Shown: one piece after another, positions 28,078-36,502 of the stretch
Layout of the letters: each line of letters starts with the position of its first letter
Position numbering within the stretch: the first letter of the stretch is position 1
Source: a virus
Lineage: Duplodnaviria > Caudoviricetes
Length of the DNA: 51,530 bases
Reading direction: 5' to 3' (one strand)
Virus record (IMG/VR): IMGVR_UViG_3300015360_000058
Span: 1 to 51,530 of that record
Notes under the pieces: model-generated
What the model was told of the DNA's origin: nothing
Database searches by the model: none
The model's input: only the letters and a program-made list of their open reading frames with translations
Made by a program: the position numbers and the translations under genes

Positions 28078-28374
28078 ATTTGTGCTTATTTTTTATACAG
28101 AACGTCAAAGCTTTGGTATGAAAGGGTTCTATTTGTTATAACAATATTTGAATGCAGGCAAACCCTTGCAGCTCAAGCAATTCAGGAGGTTTTATGGGTA
28201 TTACTTAGGCTCAAAGTTTTCAGCTGATCGAACAGTCTCGCTATCTGGAAGCGTATTATGTCGATTAGAATCGCAAATCTCGACTCTAAGGCGTTTGAAA
28301 TGCTGATCCCTCTGCATGGACAGCAATATTGGCTACGGCTCTTAGAATCGATTTAAACCACTTTTGGAGGTGTC

Positions 28375-28755
28375 ATGAATTTAAAGACGACTGTGCTAGA
28401 TGGCGAGATATGGGAATTGGTTAAGCAAGAAGCCGAAAAAAACCAAATTAATCATACGGCTATGGTTAGAAGAATCCTTTATCAGTACTTTGGCAAGGAA
28501 TCTCCAGCTCTAAAAATAGGCAGACCAGTATCGCCAGCCTTGATTAAATTTAAGGCTAAAGAGAAAGAATTAAAAGACAACATTAGATCTGAGGCGAAAG
28601 AGTTAAAGGCTAATATTAAAAAGATAAGAATTAAAGCTATGACTGAAGAGAAAGAATTAAAAGCTAAGGCTGCAAAAAAAATACGCTACCACGCGATCTC
28701 TGATCCTCTCCCGCCCGAGCTGTGGGTAGACGAAGATGGAATTCTTCACGCCTAA
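28375..28755 (+). CDS. Basic protein, possible ribbon-helix-helix DNA-binding protein
   Basis: GGAGGT RBS; N-terminal strand-helix-helix pattern; Lys-rich repeats. Confidence 0.45.
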   Translation: MNLKTTVLDGEIWELVKQEAEKNQINHTAMVRRILYQYFGKESPALKIGRPVSPALIKFKAKEKELKDNIRSEAKELKANIKKIRIKAMTEEKELKAKAAKKIRYHAISDPLPPELWVDEDGILHA

Positions 28756-28853
28756 TCACCTTGCTTCGAAGGCACTCGAATTTAACATTGACTACCTCGT
28801 CAGAGATTTATAAGGTTTACAACTTCCAAAAAATTGAAGGCAGGAGCACCAAA

Positions 28854-29111
28854 ATGATTCTCAGTTACATAGCGATAGCTTTAGGCATTGGCGTATTTCA
28901 AATCGGTTGGCTTTGGCTCCGGCGGAGATCCTTTCCAACCCTACCTCAGGCAAAGCATTATGCCGCTGTGTCTCTTTTTTCGGCAGCTTGGCCGCTAGAG
29001 ATCCTAGTCGTTGCCTCGGCCTTTATCTTTGCTCGTTTTTTCATCACCACCCATGGCGGCGATATCAATAACCAAGATTTGATTTCAGCCATTAGACGAG
29101 GCGGCAATTGA
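28854..29111 (+). CDS. Small membrane protein
   Basis: AGGAG RBS; two hydrophobic segments. Confidence 0.5.
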   Translation: MILSYIAIALGIGVFQIGWLWLRRRSFPTLPQAKHYAAVSLFSAAWPLEILVVASAFIFARFFITTHGGDINNQDLISAIRRGGN

Positions 29112-29233
29112 ACTGGCTCGGCGTGCCGTTTTGGATATCCGGCTCGATAGCCTTCACGTTGGCCGGCACCGTCGCGGTGCTTAGTATTTTAGTCGCTATA
29201 TTTTTACTTTTATTTTTTTGGGATGAAACTTAA
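29108..29233 (+). CDS. Small single-TM protein (41 aa, below ORF-track cut-off)
   Basis: TTG start overlapping previous stop; hydrophobic; TAATG junction with next gene. Confidence 0.4.
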   Translation: MNWLGVPFWISGSIAFTLAGTVAVLSILVAIFLLLFFWDET

Positions 29234-29454
29234 TGGAAACCGACATTACAAAGCTCTCGATCATCGACGGCCAGCCGCCCGCGCCCGGTCTCTATATTCA
29301 GCGAGCGACACAGCGCTACGAGTTGTGGGCTGAAAACGCTGGCGGGCAACTTTTCGTCCACGGTTGGGTCAACTGCAACGAGCCGCAAAATCCGCAAGAG
29401 TTCGTTGACCGGTGGATCGGTCGCGTCAACGTACTGGATGAGGCGGTTAAATGA
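29233..29454 (+). CDS. Hypothetical protein
   Basis: Ends in the shared EAVK* linker. Confidence 0.55.
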   Translation: METDITKLSIIDGQPPAPGLYIQRATQRYELWAENAGGQLFVHGWVNCNEPQNPQEFVDRWIGRVNVLDEAVK

Positions 29455-29496
29455 TTGAAGAAGAAACGTGGACAAACTTAAAAGATAGGGGTTTTT

Positions 29497-29718
29497 ATGA
29501 ATCAAGTTCCAAGCATCGGCAGGGTTGTGCATTATCAGCGTTACGGTAGTCCAGGCGGAGAACATAAGGCAGAGCCTTCTCCGGCGATTATTACGCAAGT
29601 GTTTAGTGACGGTGACTGTCAGCTATTCGTTATGAATCCGAACGGTATTTACTTTAATAAGACGCCGTACTCAGAAGAGCCTAAGCCTGGATGTTGGTCT
29701 TGGCCGCCGAGAGTTTAG
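29497..29718 (+). CDS. Conserved phage hypothetical protein
   Basis: PSIGRVVHY...PAIITQV...WSWP pattern typical of a small phage family. Confidence 0.65.
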   Translation: MNQVPSIGRVVHYQRYGSPGGEHKAEPSPAIITQVFSDGDCQLFVMNPNGIYFNKTPYSEEPKPGCWSWPPRV

Positions 29719-29765
29719 TTTTCACTAGTGGCTCAAATTTTACATAGCGTGGGAGCGGGGATGAA

Positions 29766-29999
29766 ATGAAAGTTGACTTAGAAAAATTAGAGGCTGCGGT
29801 TAGTTTATCTCGAACTGGCCTTTGGGGCGAAATAGTGGAACGAGAGTTTCTTATGCGCCAATCCTGGCCCGACACTCTTACAGAACTCCGAGCATCTAGG
29901 GAACTTGTAGCCGCAGTAAAAGACCGTGAAGCGGCAGGATATGAGATTGGTGTTGTTGTGACTGCTGCATTAAATAAATACGATGAGGCGGTGAAATGA
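29766..29999 (+). CDS. Hypothetical protein, MKVD paralog 1
   Basis: Paralogous to 30526 and 30720 (ELRASRE...EAVK). Confidence 0.6.
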   Translation: MKVDLEKLEAAVSLSRTGLWGEIVEREFLMRQSWPDTLTELRASRELVAAVKDREAAGYEIGVVVTAALNKYDEAVK

Positions 30000-30493
30000 A
30001 GTTTGAAATTGATATGGGCGAGCTTTTTTTAGAAGAGGGCAGTTCCTCTTCAACGGTTAACGAGGCTATAAAAGATGCGGTAGTGGACAGAATTATTACA
30101 AAGAGCCTCGGCAAAATCGAAGACGGGATACTTGAAAAAGTAGAATTAGCTTTTAGTGATCTAATAAGGAGCAGAGTAGAAGAAATTTTAAAGCCGATTG
30201 GCGATAGTTTCTTGGACCACGAATATAAAGAAAAAAGTGCTTGGGGTAAGGATCTCTCAACTTGGACATTGCGAGGAAAGATTAGCGACGAGATTGCTAA
30301 GACGTGCGAGTTCAAAAAACAAAGCGATTACTGCCCTAGTTCGCAAAATAATTTGTTTACGAAAAAGATACTTGAGTGTGTAGACGCTAAATTGTCTGGG
30401 TTCAAACAAGAGTTTGCTGCTCAAGTTGACAAAGAGCTAACAGTCAAAGCTATGCAGTTCGCACTAGAGCACATGAAAAGTAAACTCAAATGA
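29996..30493 (+). CDS. Hypothetical protein
   Basis: ATGA-coupled helical ORF. Confidence 0.6.
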   Translation: MKFEIDMGELFLEEGSSSSTVNEAIKDAVVDRIITKSLGKIEDGILEKVELAFSDLIRSRVEEILKPIGDSFLDHEYKEKSAWGKDLSTWTLRGKISDEIAKTCEFKKQSDYCPSSQNNLFTKKILECVDAKLSGFKQEFAAQVDKELTVKAMQFALEHMKSKLK

Positions 30494-30525
30494 CCCTCCA
30501 AGCGTCACGTTGTGAGGAGGCGGGG

Positions 30526-30723
30526 ATGAAAGTTGACCTTGATGAAATGTAAGAATGGTACGTAGGAGAAAATTCAAACCATACCAACGTAGCTTTGATG
30601 ATTGCAGAACTAAGGGCCTCTAGGGAAGTTGTAGACGCAGTCATAGCGCGCGAACATGCAGGATATGAGATTGGTGTTGTTGTGACTGCTGCATTAAATA
30701 AATACGAGGAGGCGGTGAAATGA
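30526..30723 (+). pseudogene. MKVD paralog 2 with in-frame TAA
   Basis: MKVDLDEM*EWY...IAELRASREVV...GYEIGVVVTAALNKYEEAVK; GAGGAGG RBS; stop at 30550-30552. Confidence 0.7.
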
Positions 30724-30998
30724 AAGTTGATATTGAATTGTTAGAAAGATTGGCGAGTGAAAGAACTAAAGGCGTTTGGGCGATAGGGGATCTTTATGAA
30801 GAAAGAATTAATAAGTTTTCAAGGAGTGACGAGGATTTTTTCATTGCCGTCGAAAAAAACATTGACGCGATGATTGCAGAACTCCAAGCCTCTAGGGAAG
30901 TTGTTGCAGCGGCAGAGCAATTAGAAGAATTTTTTAGTGACGAGGATAGAGACATGATTGAAAAGGTTCTTGAAAAATATAAGGAGGCGGTGAAATGA
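30720..30998 (+). CDS. Hypothetical protein, MKVD paralog 3
   Basis: MKVDIE...MIAELQASREVV...EAVK. Confidence 0.6.
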   Translation: MKVDIELLERLASERTKGVWAIGDLYEERINKFSRSDEDFFIAVEKNIDAMIAELQASREVVAAAEQLEEFFSDEDRDMIEKVLEKYKEAVK

Positions 30999-31231
30999 AA
31001 AAATACCTAATCACGTTTATAAAAAACTATGAGGGAGATTTTCCCACTGACATATGGTGTAACGACATTACTGACCTAGAGCCAGACGCTTGGTTACTCT
31101 GGGCCATGGAAAACTTTTGGCCCGAACCAAATACAAAGCCTCCCATGATGCGAGCGAAGATTGTTTTAGTTTCGGCGATTGAAATAACTTCGGGCGACGC
31201 GGCTGATAAACTAGCGGAAATGTTTATATGA
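30995..31231 (+). CDS. Hypothetical protein
   Basis: ATGA-coupled. Confidence 0.55.
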   Translation: MKKYLITFIKNYEGDFPTDIWCNDITDLEPDAWLLWAMENFWPEPNTKPPMMRAKIVLVSAIEITSGDAADKLAEMFI

Positions 31232-31770
31232 CTTTAAAAGAACTTATGGGCATTGCAGTTAACGGAGACGGCAGGAAATTTGCTAACCTCTTTTTTGTCG
31301 ACTGTTGGTTTGAGCCAATACTTTTGGCGCAAGGAATTTGGTTTGGCAGATGTCAGGACGGCAGTGAAGGCAGTCGGCACCAAGACTCGATAGGTTGGTA
31401 TGGATGCATTAGGCCTAAAGAAATTGAAAGGAAATCTGAAATGACTTTAAAGGAATTGATGGGCGATTTAGATAGAGGCGATGGGAGAAGGTTTGCTAAC
31501 GAATCTTTTGCGTTTTGGTTTGAGCCAATATTTTGGGCGAATGGTATTTGGTGCGGGAAAGACCAAGACGGCAATGCGACAAGCTGGCATGACGAAACAC
31601 CCGGCTGGAAAGAATACGCAGAGCCTAAGAAAAAAATAGAGCTTTGGAAGTGGGCGTATAAGGGGATTGATGATAAATGGGCTGAAACAAATGGGTATCA
31701 CGCCAAACAACCAGCCGGAAATACCGGATGGATCCGAATCGAAGGCAGCCGAATAGAGGTTGAAGAGTAA
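31228..31770 (+). CDS. Hypothetical protein with internal tandem duplication
   Basis: MTLKELMG...DGR.FAN...WFEPI...GIW.G..QDG occurs twice (31228, 31441). Confidence 0.6.
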   Translation: MTLKELMGIAVNGDGRKFANLFFVDCWFEPILLAQGIWFGRCQDGSEGSRHQDSIGWYGCIRPKEIERKSEMTLKELMGDLDRGDGRRFANESFAFWFEPIFWANGIWCGKDQDGNATSWHDETPGWKEYAEPKKKIELWKWAYKGIDDKWAETNGYHAKQPAGNTGWIRIEGSRIEVEE

Positions 31771-31986
31771 CTCGACACGCCCAGACTTGCGCGGCGATAA
31801 ATAATGATGCTATCCTCGTTAAAACAATTAACGCGTCGGGTGCGTCGGATGTGGATAGACTTACTGTGAAGTTACCTATTGCGTCATGGAGTACCGAGCC
31901 GGGAAAAGTTTTTTCGAGATATTTAGAATCGTCATATTCGTGAACTCTACTTGGCCCGGGTGTCTTTACAAGGTTTTTAAAGAGCT

Positions 31987-32256
31987 ATGAACTTGTATGC
32001 GGCCTTTTGCGGAGAGCACGGTTTGGCCTTACACTTCACCGTCGCCGAGAAATCCTTTTGCAGGATGTGCAACTATGAAGTCGGTTTCGGACGTGATAAA
32101 AGAAAAAATAAAGTCCCACAAACAAACGTGTCCGGCCAAGAACAATTGGTACATCATGGGACACCGAGTCAACGGCCTCCTGGCGGAAGTCTGCACGGCG
32201 TGCAGGAAAGTTCTTCACGTACATCACCTCGAGAAAAAACCAAGGAGGACCGATGA
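31987..32256 (+). CDS. Hypothetical Cys/His-containing protein
   Basis: ATGA-coupled to 32253; an overlapping alternative frame exists. Confidence 0.35.
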   Translation: MNLYAAFCGEHGLALHFTVAEKSFCRMCNYEVGFGRDKRKNKVPQTNVSGQEQLVHHGTPSQRPPGGSLHGVQESSSRTSPREKTKEDR

Positions 32257-32564
32257 ACCTGCGCCGTATCGGGAGTCTTCACGTATCGAGCGAAGCAACG
32301 ACTTTGGAGATTGCACGGTTGACGATCTCTGCAAACCCCGGCATTAGACTGCTCACCTACCAAGACTACGGCCGTATTAAGGCCTCAGGCATGTCGAGCG
32401 ACCTCTTCGGCTTCTCGGGTCCGGTCTGGCTTGACACGAAGATTGGTTGCGGCATCTACGCCGTCATGATCCTATCTCCTAACGGACAAATTTTTGATGG
32501 ACGCTACAACGTAGGATGGGACGCCTACACCGTCGCCGTTGATAAAGGAGTAACCACCTTATGA
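32253..32564 (+). CDS. Hypothetical protein
   Basis: AAGGAGG RBS. Confidence 0.6.
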   Translation: MNLRRIGSLHVSSEATTLEIARLTISANPGIRLLTYQDYGRIKASGMSSDLFGFSGPVWLDTKIGCGIYAVMILSPNGQIFDGRYNVGWDAYTVAVDKGVTTL

Positions 32565-32746
32565 CGCTACGCCTCGTCAAGGATGACGCACGCGCAGAAG
32601 CTTTACTGATACGCCTAATGGAGGTCGTTACGGCGGCTCGGAAAATGATAAAAGATATCGACGGCTACGCGATGGGTTACGTAGCCATCAACGACCTGAT
32701 CGGCTCTGAAGATAACCTTAGGGCTGCGCTAGACCAGCTCCCATAA
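32561..32746 (+). CDS. Hypothetical protein
   Basis: AAGGAG RBS, ATGA overlap. Confidence 0.55.
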   Translation: MTLRLVKDDARAEALLIRLMEVVTAARKMIKDIDGYAMGYVAINDLIGSEDNLRAALDQLP

Positions 32747-32764
32747 TTAAGAAAGAAAAGAACG

Positions 32765-32977
32765 ATGGCGATGATGAAAAACATGAAGATAGACGAAACG
32801 ATAACCTTCATCAGCGACCGAGGCGAGAGGATCGTTGTTACTATTGTCGACGCGAGACCAGGAACTGCACGCTTGTCTATCGACGCACCGAGGTGTTTTT
32901 ATATAGATTATCAATCAAAAAATTCATCATCGTATAGAAAAGTTGATGATATTGTATCAACCAACATACAACGATAA
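32765..32977 (+). CDS. CsrA/RsmA-like RNA-binding protein (divergent)
   Basis: KIDETITF...IVVTIVDARPGTARLSIDAPR follows the CsrA beta-strand pattern (GE.I....I.V.V......VR.GI.AP). Confidence 0.55.
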   Translation: MAMMKNMKIDETITFISDRGERIVVTIVDARPGTARLSIDAPRCFYIDYQSKNSSSYRKVDDIVSTNIQR

Positions 32978-32987
32978 GCGGTTAATA

Positions 32988-33410
32988 ATGGCTAAGGGTA
33001 AAAAGACAGGCGGTAAAAACTTTATCAAGGGTCAGTCTGGCAACCCTAACGGTAGGCCGAAAGTACCTGAAGACCTTAAGACGATTCAATCTCTTTCGCC
33101 CTCTTTGATGAGTAAGCTAATTAATAAATATATGGCGATGAATCGCGAGCAAATCATAGTTAAAGTCAAAGACCCTAGAACTCCTATGATCGAAACAACT
33201 ATCGCCTCAATCCTCGTGAAAGCTACTCAGAGCGGCGACTATACACGCCTTAACTTTCTTCTCGACCGGAGTATCGGAAAGGTTAAAGACGAGATCGACG
33301 TGCGGTCGAGTCATACTATTTATACGACATCTTTCCGCCCAGACGGTTCTTTGGTTCAAGACATTATGAACGCAGAACTAGGAGAAGAGTCAGATGCTGA
33401 AGAAGTTTGA
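32988..33410 (+). CDS. Putative terminase small subunit (DUF5681-like)
   Basis: FIKGQSGNPNGRPK and LLDRSIGK motifs. Confidence 0.7.
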   Translation: MAKGKKTGGKNFIKGQSGNPNGRPKVPEDLKTIQSLSPSLMSKLINKYMAMNREQIIVKVKDPRTPMIETTIASILVKATQSGDYTRLNFLLDRSIGKVKDEIDVRSSHTIYTTSFRPDGSLVQDIMNAELGEESDAEEV

Positions 33411-33627
33411 CGACCTCTATAAAAAACACCCCGCCTTGTTTGAAAAGGCTATCGATAGTCTTGGCGTCGCCGCGAGGCTCTCCGAGATAGAGTGGTCGGA
33501 CAACCCCAACTACGACGAATATTACTCAATCATGGAGACGGTTATCGAAAGAGCCGCCTCGTATAAGATCGCAGAAGACGGAATGGAATCGTGGTGGTTG
33601 TCGATGCCGACGAAAGTTAAAAAGTGA
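33394..33627 (+). CDS. Hypothetical protein
   Basis: AGGAG RBS; overlaps neighbours. Confidence 0.55.
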   Translation: MLKKFDDLYKKHPALFEKAIDSLGVAARLSEIEWSDNPNYDEYYSIMETVIERAASYKIAEDGMESWWLSMPTKVKK

Positions 33628-33989
33628 AAAAAGACCTTAACTATCTGCATTGGTTAAAAAGTAAACCCTGTTTAATTACCGGGTCGACGACCGACGTCGT
33701 AGCGCATCACGTGCGCTGCTACCCTGGCTGGGTTAATGTTAGCGACTACCGCACCGTGCCTCTCACCACCATGGAACACGCGATGCTGCGCTTCGTAGGA
33801 GAGACCTCCTACTGGACGTCGGCTAGTATCAACGTGCGCTACGCCGTTATTGCTAACCTACTTCAGTACCTAAAGGACGTCTGCCACATGACGGACCTTT
33901 CCACGGTTCGGCATACGACCGACCTCGCAGGGGATAAAAGCCTTGCCGCCTTTGAAGACGAAATAGTTCGCCGAACTATTATAATGTAG
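33624..33989 (+). CDS. DUF968-like / degenerate HNH-type protein
   Basis: YLHWLKSKPCLITG...AHHVR...D..TVPL...EH. Confidence 0.55.
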   Translation: MKKDLNYLHWLKSKPCLITGSTTDVVAHHVRCYPGWVNVSDYRTVPLTTMEHAMLRFVGETSYWTSASINVRYAVIANLLQYLKDVCHMTDLSTVRHTTDLAGDKSLAAFEDEIVRRTIIM

Positions 33990-34047
33990 TCAATCAAACC
34001 TGCGACAAAAAAAGTGAAATAAAGACAACCCATTTAGTTGGTAAGAT

Positions 34048-34821
34048 TTGTGTAAGCAAACACAAAAAATTACAACGGGGGGTTTATTTCTGAAAACCTA
34101 TTTAATAATTTCAGATTTACACGTTCCATATGAATGTAAAGAATATTCAAAGCTAATTATTAAAATCTTAAAGTTATATAAGCTTCAAGGCATCGTCCAA
34201 CTCGGCGACGCTCTCGACTTCTGGCAGCTGTCGACCTACGACAAGGATCCCGCTAGGAAAAATACCATCAAAGACGACATCGACGAGTGGAACCATACCC
34301 TTAGTCAGTGGGCTGGACTGCTCCCGCGCGGCGCCGTGGTCCACCTGCTCGAGGGCAATCACGAGTACCGTCTGTCGCGTTACATCTCGCGGCACGCCCG
34401 AGACCTTCACGGTATCGTTCCAGAAATGCCGCAACTCCTACACCTCAAGGAACGTAACGCTTGCGCCGGCGTTACCTTTAAGTGGCACAAGTATACGAAA
34501 TGGAACTCGTGTCAGCTCGGCGACTGTACCTTGTTACACGGTTTCTACTTTAATCAGCACGTCGCAGCTACGAACCTAGCCAAGTACCGCACGAACGTTA
34601 TCTGCGGCCACACGCACCGCCTACAACACGTAAGCGACGGCGTCCACTACTCGGTTACCCTCGGCCACGGCTCCAACGAGCAACTGACCGCCCACCAGCC
34701 GACCCCTACCGGTTGGACCCAGGCCCTTGCTATACTCACAGTTAAAGACGACGGAACTACAACAGTTGAAATAATACCTGTGAAAAACGGGAAGGCGGTC
34801 ATCCGTGGTAAATCCTTTTGA
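34048..34821 (+). CDS. Calcineurin-like metallophosphoesterase
   Basis: SDLH, GDALD, GNHE, HG, GHTH motifs; start uncertain. Confidence 0.9.
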   Translation: MCKQTQKITTGGLFLKTYLIISDLHVPYECKEYSKLIIKILKLYKLQGIVQLGDALDFWQLSTYDKDPARKNTIKDDIDEWNHTLSQWAGLLPRGAVVHLLEGNHEYRLSRYISRHARDLHGIVPEMPQLLHLKERNACAGVTFKWHKYTKWNSCQLGDCTLLHGFYFNQHVAATNLAKYRTNVICGHTHRLQHVSDGVHYSVTLGHGSNEQLTAHQPTPTGWTQALAILTVKDDGTTTVEIIPVKNGKAVIRGKSF

Positions 34822-35110
34822 TCAGTCGCGAAAACATCCGCCCCGTGTCGTCTACGTGCTCGGCAAAAAGATTCGGGTACGGGTTGTCAAGTGTCTCGAA
34901 GCCGACGACATCGACCTACTCGGCGCCTTTAACTCCGACACCATGACGATCTTCCTACTGAAGCGGTCTAATTGGCGTACGGTTCTTTTGCATGAAATCT
35001 GCCATGCCGGCTTGTATATATCAGGCGCGTCGGAAGGGTTAACCGTTTATAAAGAAGAGTCGATAGTCCTCGCCCTTGAACACGCGTTGTTTCCTTTTAT
35101 CGAAAGTTAA
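34805..35110 (+). CDS. Small HExxH zinc-metallopeptidase-like protein
   Basis: LLHEICHA plus downstream EE. Confidence 0.6.
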   Translation: MVNPFDQSRKHPPRVVYVLGKKIRVRVVKCLEADDIDLLGAFNSDTMTIFLLKRSNWRTVLLHEICHAGLYISGASEGLTVYKEESIVLALEHALFPFIES

Positions 35111-35157
35111 CTTATTATCGTGACACCAAACTATAAAATATACCCAGGGGTCACGCG

Positions 35158-36225
35158 ATGAGCGAATCTTTCTACGATTTAGGCATTAGGTCTATCTACC
35201 GGTCTGACCTTACTCCGATTAATCTTAAAGATTTTTACGTTGTGACGTGCATCAGTAACTCGCAACGTTACCGGTCGAGGAACAACCTCTACCGTAAGTT
35301 TGCTAAGCACATGCAGGAGTCGGGCGTTAATCTTTTCACGGTCGAACTAGCCTACGGCGACAGGCCCTTCGAGATTACCGAGGATACCCACAGAACGGAG
35401 ATCCGCCTTCGTACTCGGCAAGAACTCTGGCACAAAGAAAATCTTCTTAACATCGCCATGCAGCAACTCCCGAAAGACTGGAAGTACGTCGCTTGGATCG
35501 ACAGCGATATTACGTTTATGCGGCCCGACTGGGCGCACGAAACTGTGCAACAACTTCAACACTACGACTTCGTGCAGATGTTCAGCGACGCCCTCGACAT
35601 GGGCCCGCATCCGTCGTACCAAGTCGTCAACCATAATCTTGGTTTTATGTACTGCTACCACAACCAACTAACTAAAAAAGATATCCCGCCGCTGATGATC
35701 GACGGAGGCCTTAATAAGAAACGCATGTCGCCTTTGGTTAAAAAACCTTACTCCGTCTTAAACGGAAAGGTTTACTATCACAGCGGGTTTGCTTGGGCCG
35801 CAAGGCGTTCAGCGCTTATCAAGTGTGGCGGCTTACTCGAAACAGGAATCCTCGGAGCGAGCGACCACCATATGGCCCTCGCTATGATCGGCGTAGCTAA
35901 GGACAGTTTGCCGTCCGGTATTACGCAAGGATATAGCGACTCGATTCTACGGTGGCAAGCTCGCGTCCTTAACGGCTCACGTAAGAACGTCGGCTACGTT
36001 CCGGGGACGATCCACCACGCGTGGCACGGCAGTAAGGTTAACCGTAAGTATCACGACCGATGGCGTATCCTCATCGACAACGGTTTCGATCCGTACGTCG
36101 ACATTATGAAAGACCCGCAAGGCGTCTACGAACTTGTCGACCACGGCGACGATCGAAGCATCTTACTGCGCGATCAACTTCGAGCTTACTTCGCGCAAAG
36201 GGATGAAGATTCCACCGCGATCTAG
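35158..36225 (+). CDS. Glycosyltransferase-like protein (GT-A fold)
   Basis: KENLLN, AWIDSDI (DxD), GFAWA, GGL, G.SD, HAWHG motifs. Confidence 0.6.
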   Translation: MSESFYDLGIRSIYRSDLTPINLKDFYVVTCISNSQRYRSRNNLYRKFAKHMQESGVNLFTVELAYGDRPFEITEDTHRTEIRLRTRQELWHKENLLNIAMQQLPKDWKYVAWIDSDITFMRPDWAHETVQQLQHYDFVQMFSDALDMGPHPSYQVVNHNLGFMYCYHNQLTKKDIPPLMIDGGLNKKRMSPLVKKPYSVLNGKVYYHSGFAWAARRSALIKCGGLLETGILGASDHHMALAMIGVAKDSLPSGITQGYSDSILRWQARVLNGSRKNVGYVPGTIHHAWHGSKVNRKYHDRWRILIDNGFDPYVDIMKDPQGVYELVDHGDDRSILLRDQLRAYFAQRDEDSTAI

Positions 36226-36295
36226 GTTTCAAAAACGTGACTCACGGTTGGCACCAACTGTATCCTATAATGTAGGCACACTACAGGAGGTGCCC

Positions 36296-36502
36296 ATGCC
36301 TATTTGGATTACGCTGCTACCGTCACTCGTAAACGCTATTATTCAGGTGATTAAGTTCGTGATAGAACTCAACAAGACTAACCCTAGGGCCGCCGCCGAG
36401 TGTTCGACTGCTCTACGTATCGCTAGAAAAACCGGAGACACGAAGGCTATACAAAACCTCGTCTCTCAACTTGGAAAGGACGCAACATGCAACAAAAAAT
36501 AA
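36296..36502 (+). CDS. Small membrane-associated protein
   Basis: AGGAGGT RBS; amphipathic N-terminus. Confidence 0.55.
   Translation: MPIWITLLPSLVNAIIQVIKFVIELNKTNPRAAAECSTALRIARKTGDTKAIQNLVSQLGKDATCNKK

Larger units (their letters stand above)
29934..30724 (+). repeat. Direct repeat of ~67 bp (29934-30000 and 30658-30724)
   Basis: GCAGGATATGAGATTGGTGTTGTTGTGACTGCTGCATTAAATAAATACGA[T/G]GAGGCGGTGAAATGAA, one mismatch. Confidence 0.9.

Noticed and set aside
30550-30552. Stop-codon reassignment to explain interrupted genes
   Set aside because: TAA, TAG and TGA all end well-conserved genes normally; the other two breaks are frame changes, not stops
29440-30998. Integron attC cassette array
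   Set aside because: Linkers are coding, non-palindromic and lack RYYYAAC/GTTRRRY boxes; no integron integrase
31771-31986. Possible structured ncRNA in the intergenic gap
   Set aside because: No convincing stems or known motif; a short ORF (31886-31990) may occupy part of it
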